A stretch of 64,000 bases of DNA, taken from the NCBI GenBank assembly GCA_900545015.1, contig UQXJ01000003.1, positions 15,800 through 79,799 on the forward strand, written 5' to 3'. This stretch comes from an uncultured Mollicutes bacterium. Its GTDB lineage: Bacteria > Bacillota_I > Bacilli_A > RFN20 > CAG-826. The notes below the pieces were generated by a model. The model ran no database searches. It had not been told where the DNA came from and saw only the letters and a list, made by a program, of their open reading frames with translations. Positions 10,030 to 18,997 of this stretch are shown here, piece after piece; the first letter of the stretch is position 1; the number at the start of each line of letters is the position of its first letter. The position numbers and the translations under genes were made by a program.

Positions 10030-11460
10030 ATGAAAAAGAATTTATTAATTAGTTTAGGTTTATTAGCTATCATTGCTTTACCAAGTTGCGCAAATGAAGG
10101 AACTGATAAAGATAATGTAAAACTTGATGTTCCTACATATGTTAATGATTTTTTAAAGGAAGCAAGCGCTTCATATAAACTTAAAGCATTAGAAAAAGAA
10201 ATAGTTAAAAAAACAGATGGAACAACTATGTTTACAAATGAATATAGTTATAACATCACTTCATTAAGAGGCGAAAGACCATCTATTAAAGAAACATTTT
10301 CTAAATCAACAACAGAAGGAACAAGTTCATCAACAATAAGATATGTTAAAAATGAGCGTGGTTATGTATCTGTTGAAGGAATTAATTATAAAAATGAAGT
10401 TTTCTTAACTGAAGCTACTGATGGTGATGGAAAGAAACTAATTTATGATAAAGAATTTCCTAATCCTTTTGAATATTTAACTATTAATGATTTTGAAGCC
10501 ATTGAAGTTAATGGAAAAAGTATTAAAAAAGCTATTGAAGCTAGACCTACAACATCAACATTATTATTAAATAAAGATAAACAAGCGTTCTTTGCTAAAT
10601 ATTTACTTGGTATAGATTATACGATAGATAACGTAAAATTTAATTTCGTTATGAATAAAATTGATAGCATTCAAATTGATTCAGTTGTATCCGAAACAAG
10701 ATATCAAGATGCTTATACAAGTATGTATATTCCTGTTAATGTTAATTATGAAACAACTGTTTTAATTGATAATGTTGGTAGCGCTGAATTCGATGGTGCT
10801 AAACCTCATACAAGTAAAAATAAAGAAAGAGAAGACGCTTTAAAGAATGCACTTACAAATCTTGGTGATAACTACACTTTAATTATTAATGAGCATTATC
10901 AAGGCGAAAAAGGTAATTCTGAATTTGATTCTTATTGGTATTTCAATGGAAAAGATGCAATTTATCATCAACAACATTTAGATGATACGTCTAGAAAATT
11001 TGATTTATATTATAAAAAAGATCCATCTAAAGCAGATGATTTAATGTATATATATGATTTAAATGAAACAACTAATAAATGGGTTTATATTGATCCAACA
11101 AATTCACAATCATATAACGTTAGACCTAAAACATATGCTGAATTAGATACTAAAGCTAGATTAGTTGATCCAACTTTATTTGAATATGATGAAACTGAAA
11201 ATAAATATGTTGTAACTGATGGTTATGTTAGTGCTTTTTTAGGCAATGCTTTCTTGCCAGGTTGCTATCAAATTAAAGATTTCACAATTGGTGGAGGAAA
11301 TAAAGCTGAAGTAGTTTTAACAAGTGATGGAAAGATTGATACAATCACTGTTGGATTCTTTGAAGTTGATTCTAATGGATATGACATTAGTAGAGAATAC
11401 ACAATGCGCTTTATTAATATTAATAAAACAACAATACCTAGTTGGGTAGAGGGAGAATAA
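10030..11460 (+). CDS. lipoprotein, two-lobe paralog family member (476 aa)
   Basis: ATG at 10030 follows AAGGAGGT (10015-10022). Lipobox ALPSC. Paralog of 8661-10016. The track's 9982 start lies inside the previous gene. Confidence 0.85.
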   Translation: MKKNLLISLGLLAIIALPSCANEGTDKDNVKLDVPTYVNDFLKEASASYKLKALEKEIVKKTDGTTMFTNEYSYNITSLRGERPSIKETFSKSTTEGTSSSTIRYVKNERGYVSVEGINYKNEVFLTEATDGDGKKLIYDKEFPNPFEYLTINDFEAIEVNGKSIKKAIEARPTTSTLLLNKDKQAFFAKYLLGIDYTIDNVKFNFVMNKIDSIQIDSVVSETRYQDAYTSMYIPVNVNYETTVLIDNVGSAEFDGAKPHTSKNKEREDALKNALTNLGDNYTLIINEHYQGEKGNSEFDSYWYFNGKDAIYHQQHLDDTSRKFDLYYKKDPSKADDLMYIYDLNETTNKWVYIDPTNSQSYNVRPKTYAELDTKARLVDPTLFEYDETENKYVVTDGYVSAFLGNAFLPGCYQIKDFTIGGGNKAEVVLTSDGKIDTITVGFFEVDSNGYDISREYTMRFININKTTIPSWVEGE

Positions 11461-11462
11461 TT

Positions 11463-14198
11463 ATGAAAAAAAGAAAAGTTTTCCTTAGTGTAATTGCTTT
11501 AAGTGCTCTTCTTGGTGGATCAGTAATTAGTTGCGGTCAAAAAGAAGATCACCCTAGCATCGAAGAAAAAAAGAAAGAATTATTAATCGAAGCACCTTCT
11601 AAAGCATCTTTAGAGATAGGTGAAAGTATAACGTTAAGTTTAAAAACATCTAATTTAGATGAAGGAGATATCGTTAATTGGTACTCTAGTGATACAAATG
11701 TTTTAAGCGTCACGCAAAACGGAAAAGTTATTGCTTTAAAAGCTGGTATGGCTGATATTTATGCTAAAACTAGTGATGTAGAAAGTAATAAAGTTTCACT
11801 TGTAGTTAACGAAAAGAAAGTTATAAAAGTTACACTTAGCGAACCAAGTGATGACGAAATTGAAGTTGATGAAGTTATTAAACTTGATGTAAAAGTCGAT
11901 AATGCAGATTTAAAAGATGTTGCATTTACTTTAAGTGATCCAAGTTTAGGAAGTATTGATAACGAATTTAATTTCAAAGCTTTAAAAGAAGGAACATGCG
12001 TAATTTTTGCTAAAGTTGGCGAAGTAAAAAGTAATGAAATTACGATTAAAATACTTAAAAAGTCTACAGAACTAAGTTTAAATGTTAATTGTGATGACCA
12101 AGTTGTATTATTGATTGGTACTGAATTAAATATTAAAGCAACTGTAAAAGGTAACGTTAATAATTATCCAGTTGTCTTTAAAAGCTTAGATGAAAATGTT
12201 TGTAGTGTTTCTAGTGAAGGTTTAGTAAAAGCTTTAAAAGAAGGAACAACAAGTGTAGAAGTTTTTGTCGGACATATTAAAAAAGTTATTGAAATTATTG
12301 TTTTAAAAGAATATACAAAAGCAACAAGCGTAAGTTATGAAGTGAAAGAGATTGATGTTGCTTTAGGTGAAAAATTCGAGATTAAAAATGTAGAAATTTT
12401 ACCTAATACTGCAAAGCAAGAATTTACACTTGAAAGTTCAAATGAAGTTTATGTTTCAACTGAAGGCCATTTTGTAGTAGGCAAAAAAATAACAACTGAT
12501 CCTATTACAGTTAGCATAAAAGCAGATGGAGCATTATTTGCTTTAAAAGTTAATGTCATTAAAGCACAAGAAAAATATGGTGCTTACTTAACTGAAAAGC
12601 TAGGAAAATCTAAAGAGCAAGAACTAGTCAAAGCAAATTCTGGCGAATTAACGGTTAAAACACTTGATAATACAGGTAAAGAAACTCAATCTGATAATTA
12701 TAAATTTACTTCTTATAATGATGATAGAACTTTGACAACGATTACCAAAACTAGAAATAGTTCATATAGTGGAACGACAACAACGATTGAAAATTATGAA
12801 ATTGCTAAATTTGATAATAAACAAATTAGAGGTATTTCAAAATATGGCGAACCTGATGTTTTAACTTATAATTCCTTTGAAATTGATGAAAGCGATAGTT
12901 CATTGAATTCTTCAACTATAAATGATGCATCTAAAATGGGCTATTTTGGTAATTATACATATTTTGGAATGTCTAATTACATTGCTAAAAGTTTCTTTTC
13001 GGCTTCTTCATTAGAAAGTAAAAATGTTAAAGATGGAAGTTATATTTTTAGCGAAGTTGATAATACCGTTAAAGTTGATGCAATAATTGAACAATCATAT
13101 GGCGACACTTATAAATATAGCTTAACAATGAATTTTGAAGATTCTTTAATTAACTCATTTAATGCAACAGTTAGTAGATATACAAGTGATGATTACGACA
13201 ACGATAATCCATCAAGTTATGTATTAAAAGATCAAAAAGTTTATGAAGGAACTTTAAATGTTGGTGAAAAGCAAGCACCAACAAGTGAAATGAAAAAGTA
13301 CGAATCTTTCTACGCAACTTCATTTGATGTAGTTACTAAAGCATATAGAGACAGAAAATATGTTGAAACCAATGAATTTTATGTTGGTGAAAGTGTAAAT
13401 ATTGAACTTACAAATGTTTTACCTGCAACTTTTGAAAAGAATGTTGATAAGATGAGCGTCGAAATTTTAAACAATGAAGATGCAGTAAGAAAAACAACTT
13501 ATGGTTTTAGTTTTATTAAGCCGGTAGATGAATTAAAAATCTCAGTTAAAACTAAAAATGTATCAAAAGAAGTTACATTAAAAGCAAGTTATCCTAAAGC
13601 AACAACACTTTCTTATACTGGTAGTGAATATTTATTAGCAGGCGATGCTTATACAAGCAAAGTAAGTTATTCATCTTCATCAGCAGTAGTTGATTTTGAA
13701 GCAACATTAAGTAACAACACAAGTAACGCCACAATTGATATGAAAGCAGATGGAAACTTCACAATTAATGCAAGTCAAGCTGGTTCTGTAGACGTATTAT
13801 TTAAAGAAAAGAAGAGTGGACTTACAATATCAAAGAAGTTCTATTCATTTGCTAATACTGATGATGGAATTTTAGATATGATATTTGGCTCGACAATTAG
13901 TGTTGAAAAAGGTTACACATCAGCAGTTTCTAACTTAGTATTTATTAAAGATGATGGTGCAAAGAGTGGCAAGATTTCATATTCTTATTGCGATAATGAT
14001 TACGAAGAAACTTATAACATTAGTGATACGTGGACATTTGAAAATAAGAAATTTGTAATTAAATCTGGCTCAACTGATAATTACACAATGTCTATTGATT
14101 TTGCTACAAGTGTTTCAAAGCATTATGATCTTTTAGCGGTAAAGGTTTCTTGCGGATACGATAACGCAACATTTAGACTTAGACTTACTCACAAATAA
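11463..14198 (+). CDS. lipoprotein with N-terminal Big_2 Ig-like repeats and a family-type C-terminal region (911 aa)
   Basis: ATG 11463 is 2 nt after the previous stop. Lipobox VISC. Three or four Big_2-like modules (..VLSVTQNGKVIALKAGMADIYA.., ..VCSVSSEGLVKALKEGTTSVEV..). Confidence 0.85.
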   Translation: MKKRKVFLSVIALSALLGGSVISCGQKEDHPSIEEKKKELLIEAPSKASLEIGESITLSLKTSNLDEGDIVNWYSSDTNVLSVTQNGKVIALKAGMADIYAKTSDVESNKVSLVVNEKKVIKVTLSEPSDDEIEVDEVIKLDVKVDNADLKDVAFTLSDPSLGSIDNEFNFKALKEGTCVIFAKVGEVKSNEITIKILKKSTELSLNVNCDDQVVLLIGTELNIKATVKGNVNNYPVVFKSLDENVCSVSSEGLVKALKEGTTSVEVFVGHIKKVIEIIVLKEYTKATSVSYEVKEIDVALGEKFEIKNVEILPNTAKQEFTLESSNEVYVSTEGHFVVGKKITTDPITVSIKADGALFALKVNVIKAQEKYGAYLTEKLGKSKEQELVKANSGELTVKTLDNTGKETQSDNYKFTSYNDDRTLTTITKTRNSSYSGTTTTIENYEIAKFDNKQIRGISKYGEPDVLTYNSFEIDESDSSLNSSTINDASKMGYFGNYTYFGMSNYIAKSFFSASSLESKNVKDGSYIFSEVDNTVKVDAIIEQSYGDTYKYSLTMNFEDSLINSFNATVSRYTSDDYDNDNPSSYVLKDQKVYEGTLNVGEKQAPTSEMKKYESFYATSFDVVTKAYRDRKYVETNEFYVGESVNIELTNVLPATFEKNVDKMSVEILNNEDAVRKTTYGFSFIKPVDELKISVKTKNVSKEVTLKASYPKATTLSYTGSEYLLAGDAYTSKVSYSSSSAVVDFEATLSNNTSNATIDMKADGNFTINASQAGSVDVLFKEKKSGLTISKKFYSFANTDDGILDMIFGSTISVEKGYTSAVSNLVFIKDDGAKSGKISYSYCDNDYEETYNISDTWTFENKKFVIKSGSTDNYTMSIDFATSVSKHYDLLAVKVSCGYDNATFRLRLTHK

Positions 14199-14213
14199 AA
14201 AAATATTAATCGT

Positions 14214-14247
14214 TAAGGTGGCTTATTAAAAAAAGGTCACCTTTTTT
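14214..14247 (+). terminator. rho-independent terminator
   Basis: AAGGTG...CACCTT stem followed by TTTTT. Confidence 0.6.
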
Positions 14248-14491
14248 GACACAAAAAATTATCATTTAATGACAAAAACCCTGTAAAAGCTAGATTTTTA
14301 GTGGATTATTAGTATAAAAATAGTTGATTTACAGTAGTTATAAAAATTAATTTTTTATTCTTAAAAACAGAACTTTAAAGTGCGTTTTTTTTAAAAAAAT
14401 ATGACCTTGAATTGTAATATGAATCGTAAAGAAAAAAACTTACAATTTTTTCAATCTTTTTTCTTTAGAAAAAGTGAATTTTTTAGTACAA

Positions 14492-14512
14492 TATTAAAAT
14501 TGTATTAAGAAA
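14492..14512 (+). promoter_or_regulatory. direct-repeat motif copy 3: TATTAAaattgTATTAAgaaa
   Basis: Hexamers are 11 bp apart. Lies 69 nt upstream of the 14581 ATG. Confidence 0.5.
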
Positions 14513-14580
14513 CTTATTTCTCTTTTGAACAATGCATATAAAGTAAGATAATAAGTCGTCTCAATAAGGAGGTTTATATT

Positions 14581-16647
14581 ATGAATATAAAGAAACACGC
14601 TAGATTACTCACTGTACTTACTGTATTCGGCTTAGGATTAGGCTCAATCGCATCATGTGGAACAGGAGCTAGTGCTAGTCCAATTACACTATCATGTGAT
14701 TCAAAAGAAATTAATTTAAATGAAACGTTCGAAGCTAAACTTGGTAAATACTATACATTCGAAGCAAGTATTGATACTGAAAAAAATCCTGAATTAAAGG
14801 ATGCTGAAATTGTATTTAGCAATGATGCTGAGTCTGCATTCGAATTTAGTGCTGACGGAAACTACTTAGAATTTGCAGCTATTAAAACTGGCTCATTCAC
14901 AATTTCTGCTTCAGTTAAAGGTGATGAAACAACAAAGGTAAACGTTAAATTACATGTTTCTGATGTTGCAACAAAAGAATACAAAGCAACCGTTGATACA
15001 ACTGCTGCAAAGTTAATTTTTAAACAAGGTGATGCTTTTACAAGTGAAGGTATTGTAGTTTATAAAACATTAGTTGTTGATGGTGAACCAAGTGCTGTTA
15101 GAAGTGTTTTAGATGCATCTGAATATACAGTATCTATTCCTGAAGGAAAAATATTAGAAAGCAAACAAAGTGCTTTAGAAGTTAAAATTACTCCTAACGA
15201 TACAAATTTAGAACCAGTAACTTACACAATTAAAGTTACTTCAAATCCTGCTTATAGAATTAATAGCTTCTTTAGTGGCTTAGCAGAAAATAATTATGGA
15301 ATTTATACTGTTAATCAAAATAGTAGTGGACAACTTTGTGTATACCCAACATTTGGTATTAATGAAAACTACATTGTAAATTATGATGGCTCAATGGCTT
15401 ATTCAGTTGTTCAAGATAAAGAAGGCGAAGCAGCAACATTACATAGATATGAAATGAACTTCACTGCAAATGACTATTCATTTAATAGAATTAGCGATTA
15501 TGAAGTTGGCGAAGTTGATGGAAATGCATTAACAATTAGAAAATCAAATAGCTTGTTTGATATTGTTGATAATTTACAATTCTCTTTAGGTGAAATTTGG
15601 CAAAATGTTGAAAATAGTTCTGTAACATATTCAACAGCAAATCAAACTTATACATTAAATGATGTTGATGCTATTACAAATCTTATTAAGATTAGTGGCT
15701 ACGGATTTACATTAAATAACTTTACTGTTAACGCTGGAGCTCAAATTCAATTCTCTGAATCAGATGATGGCGAAGTCGCACTTATCGTTGCAACGTTAAC
15801 TCAACAAGGTGCTGCTCAACCTGCTAATTTGCCAATCGTTATTGGAGATGTTGGAACATTTAAAGATGCTACATTTGAAAAATATTTAGAAACAGCACAT
15901 GAAGTCGGTGAATCAAGCGATACATTTTTCAAAACTGCATTAAATACAATTAGAGGAAATAACTTTAAAGGTATTTTTTCAGATATGAGAAACTCTACAC
16001 ATCAATTAGCTGGTACATATGCCACATATAGTGTAGATGGTAATTCTGTTGAATTGTTCCAACATTTTGTAAATAATGGAGTTGCTTCAGATAATGGATT
16101 TCTTGGATTAATTAAGATTCCTGAAGGATATGAAGAAACAGGATATAAAGCATATACATTTACTGGAACTGGTGAAAATCTTGATATTAAACAAGATGCT
16201 GAAAATTTAGGCGGAACAAACCAAACAACAATCAAAAATTTATATGATTCAGTGCTCGCTAGTAACTGGGCAGGATTTGCTGATGAAACATCAATTCAAA
16301 AGGTTGATTTCTCATCGATGTGGGATGTTGTTAGTGTGTATGAAGGTGAAGATCAAAGCTATACACGTTATAGATTAAATAATGGCATAATTGCTAACGA
16401 GTGGGGATTATGTGCAATGAATGTGGATGAATACAAAGAATATTCACCTAATTCACTCGGCTTATGGGTTGTTGATACCAATAAAGATGACAAACCTGAT
16501 GAAATATGGATTGATCTTGAAATTTCAGGTGGAGAAATTCAATATAGTGCTGTCTATGATCGTATGGTAATTGATTTAAGCACTGCTGGAACAACGGTAA
16601 ACGAAGCCGCTCAAGAAATAATTAAAGGATTTACAAAAGTTGCATAA
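14581..16647 (+). CDS. lipoprotein with Ig-like (Big_3-type) domains and two-lobe family core (688 aa)
   Basis: RBS AAGGAGG. Lipobox IASC. Big_3-like module (YKATVDTTAAKLIFKQGDAFTSEGIVVY...YTIKV), followed by the family landmarks (AENNYGIYTV.., ..IGDVGTF.., ..RGNNFKGIF..). Confidence 0.85.
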   Translation: MNIKKHARLLTVLTVFGLGLGSIASCGTGASASPITLSCDSKEINLNETFEAKLGKYYTFEASIDTEKNPELKDAEIVFSNDAESAFEFSADGNYLEFAAIKTGSFTISASVKGDETTKVNVKLHVSDVATKEYKATVDTTAAKLIFKQGDAFTSEGIVVYKTLVVDGEPSAVRSVLDASEYTVSIPEGKILESKQSALEVKITPNDTNLEPVTYTIKVTSNPAYRINSFFSGLAENNYGIYTVNQNSSGQLCVYPTFGINENYIVNYDGSMAYSVVQDKEGEAATLHRYEMNFTANDYSFNRISDYEVGEVDGNALTIRKSNSLFDIVDNLQFSLGEIWQNVENSSVTYSTANQTYTLNDVDAITNLIKISGYGFTLNNFTVNAGAQIQFSESDDGEVALIVATLTQQGAAQPANLPIVIGDVGTFKDATFEKYLETAHEVGESSDTFFKTALNTIRGNNFKGIFSDMRNSTHQLAGTYATYSVDGNSVELFQHFVNNGVASDNGFLGLIKIPEGYEETGYKAYTFTGTGENLDIKQDAENLGGTNQTTIKNLYDSVLASNWAGFADETSIQKVDFSSMWDVVSVYEGEDQSYTRYRLNNGIIANEWGLCAMNVDEYKEYSPNSLGLWVVDTNKDDKPDEIWIDLEISGGEIQYSAVYDRMVIDLSTAGTTVNEAAQEIIKGFTKVA

Positions 16648-16653
16648 TTTTAC

Positions 16654-16675
16654 AAAGCCACCTCGTGTGGCTTTT
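16654..16675 (+). terminator. intercistronic hairpin AAAGCCAC/GTGGCTTT
   Basis: 8-bp stem plus a TTT run, between two co-directional genes. Possibly a partial terminator or stabiliser. Confidence 0.5.
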
Positions 16676-16695
16676 GATGGATATAAGGAGAATAT

Positions 16696-18978
16696 ATGAG
16701 TAAAAAGAAAAAGGTAATTTATAGTTTACTTGGGTCACTTGTTCTTGGCTCATTTGTAGTAAACACACTTACTTCATGTAATGGAGGTGAAGTCTCAACT
16801 GAATTAAAAGTAGTTGTCACTGGTGCTAAAAACGGAAAAGTTGGTGAAACAGTACAATTAAGTGCTTTAGTTGTTGGTGACTCTTCAAATAGCGTTACTT
16901 GGTCTAGTAATGATGTTTCAATTGCTACAGTTTCTGAAAGTGGACTTGTAACACTTAATGGAGAAGGAACAGTCAGCATTACTGCAACAAGTACAAAAGA
17001 TACAACTAAAAAATCATCACCTGTTTACATTACTGTTTTTGGTGAAACGGAAGTAAGTAAGAAACTTGAAATTGTTTCTTTACCTGTTATTAAAAAATAT
17101 AAAAAGGGAAGTAACTTAAATTTAAGTGGATTATTAGTAAATGGCTTTACATATTATGATGGCGTTAAGGATGCTAATTCATGTAAGACATTTGATAACT
17201 TAAATGGTTTAAGTTTTTCAACTGCAGATGGTACAAAATTAGACAAAAAAGGTGATTTAACTATTACTATTACAGCAAGTGGTTATGAAGCAACTTCATT
17301 TACTGTAAATGTTAATGATAAATTAGTTGAAAATAAATTATTTATTACTAAAAACCCTTCAAAATCTCAATATATTTTAAAAAGTGACGAAAAAACAACA
17401 TTTGATTCTACTGGATTAAAAGTTGAAAAATATACATATACTGATGGAAAATTCACTTCTAAAAAAGCACTTAAAACTGGTGAATATTCATTAAGTATGG
17501 CTAATGGTACAGAACTTATAAGTGAAGGAAGCTATAATGTTGAAGTAACTGCTGATGATTCAGAAAGCGCAACATTTAGCTTTGCTGTATTTACTGAAAA
17601 TACATCTGTATATGAATTAATTAAGAATTTACAAACAGCAAAGAATTTCCAAGTTGAAATTATGAATAGTGTTGGTACAGTTAACGACTCATATGGTTTC
17701 CATTATTTAAGAACATATACTGAAAATTACTATGATGAAATTTCTTATCAAAACATCAATAATACATCAACAAATGAAATTGAATTTGATACAACTCATA
17801 CAAAATCTCACTTAGGATATACAACTTATAAAGATGGTGATAAATACGGCATCATGCAATATAAAGAAAATGGAATTGGTGAAATTGAAGGTTCAACAAT
17901 TATCAGTGAAAATAAGAAATCATGGTGGGATAAAGGTTCAACACTTGCTAATATGTTCACTACATTTAAATTAAGCAACTTACCAACTTATACATTAAAC
18001 GATAAGTTCTTAATTACTAATATTGAACAAGAAGTTGGCGATGATGAAGATGGAACAAAGACAATCGCTAAATATCCTTTAATTAAAGATTTCTTAGGAT
18101 ACTGTGGATGGTCATCAAGCTTAATTACTGTTATGTCAAGATTTACAGTCAGTTTGACTGATGATTATAAACTCTCAATGAAAGCATATTTTGGCCAATA
18201 TGGTATAACTGAAATGAAAATTAATGCAGTTGGAAATGCTAAAAACAATGATGTTGAAGAGGCAATTAAAAGTGGTTCATTAAAACCAAGCACAAAAATT
18301 GATACTCATGTTAATGATTTAAAAGATTTATTAGCAGGAAATAACTACACAAGATATACATATTCATCCACTGATGGAATCACAAGCGATGCTTTATATT
18401 ATTACACAGATACTTATTACTATAATGTTAGTAAGAAAACTGGGTATTTTGCTAAAAATGGTGCAATCTATAATTTCAAAGGAATTAAAGATAAAGCAAC
18501 AAAACAATTTAACTTTGAAGCTGGAGAAAAAGTTGAAGGTGCAATAAATCTTGTTGAATATGTAAATTCTGTAAATGCTTCACCAGCTACAGGATACGCT
18601 TCACTTGGTATGAAGAATATTCTTGGCGTTGATGGTGGAACAAATAGATTAAACACTTTTGCTAAATTTGATAATTTCTCATATGGAACAACAGTTTGTT
18701 ATCAATCATTTGATGAAAGTGCATTAGCTGAACTTGAATCATATTACACAGCAAAAGAAGTTAGCCCAGACGCTCTTTCAATTCCTGATGGACGTTTATG
18801 GATGCTTGCTCATTATAGCGATTCAACACTTGCTAAAGAAACAGTTCAATCTCTTGAAATTTGGGATATTGCTTTCACAGGCAGTGGTGGAAGCGGATTC
18901 GTTCTTGCTCTTGGAAGTTTCGGAACGACATCAGTTGATTGGATTGAAAATGGAATTAATGCTTTTGTAGCAAAATAA
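16696..18978 (+). CDS. lipoprotein with Big_2 + Big_3 Ig-like domains and two-lobe family core (760 aa)
   Basis: RBS AAGGAG. Lipobox LTSC. Big_2 (VSESGLVTLNGEGTVSITATS), two Big_3-like modules, and the family landmarks (TAKNFQVEI.., ..INAVGNA.., ..AGNNYTRYTY..). Confidence 0.85.
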   Translation: MSKKKKVIYSLLGSLVLGSFVVNTLTSCNGGEVSTELKVVVTGAKNGKVGETVQLSALVVGDSSNSVTWSSNDVSIATVSESGLVTLNGEGTVSITATSTKDTTKKSSPVYITVFGETEVSKKLEIVSLPVIKKYKKGSNLNLSGLLVNGFTYYDGVKDANSCKTFDNLNGLSFSTADGTKLDKKGDLTITITASGYEATSFTVNVNDKLVENKLFITKNPSKSQYILKSDEKTTFDSTGLKVEKYTYTDGKFTSKKALKTGEYSLSMANGTELISEGSYNVEVTADDSESATFSFAVFTENTSVYELIKNLQTAKNFQVEIMNSVGTVNDSYGFHYLRTYTENYYDEISYQNINNTSTNEIEFDTTHTKSHLGYTTYKDGDKYGIMQYKENGIGEIEGSTIISENKKSWWDKGSTLANMFTTFKLSNLPTYTLNDKFLITNIEQEVGDDEDGTKTIAKYPLIKDFLGYCGWSSSLITVMSRFTVSLTDDYKLSMKAYFGQYGITEMKINAVGNAKNNDVEEAIKSGSLKPSTKIDTHVNDLKDLLAGNNYTRYTYSSTDGITSDALYYYTDTYYYNVSKKTGYFAKNGAIYNFKGIKDKATKQFNFEAGEKVEGAINLVEYVNSVNASPATGYASLGMKNILGVDGGTNRLNTFAKFDNFSYGTTVCYQSFDESALAELESYYTAKEVSPDALSIPDGRLWMLAHYSDSTLAKETVQSLEIWDIAFTGSGGSGFVLALGSFGTTSVDWIENGINAFVAK

Positions 18979-18997
18979 AGAAAGGAGAAGTTAATAT

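Noticed and set aside
14385-14399. Homopolymer tracts (T8A7 at 14385-14399; A7 at the 5' end of the 11463 gene), considered as phase-variation switches for lipoprotein expression.
   Set aside because: The tracts are short for slipped-strand switching and are common in roughly 30%-GC DNA. No length heterogeneity can be assessed from a single sequence.
14199-14580. 380-bp gap with a 31-codon ORF (14401-14496) and the AATTGTAA/TTACAATT inverted repeat, considered as a small gene or sRNA.
   Set aside because: The ORF has no SD and an implausible composition. The inverted repeat is weak and AT-only, and nothing distinguishes it from background.
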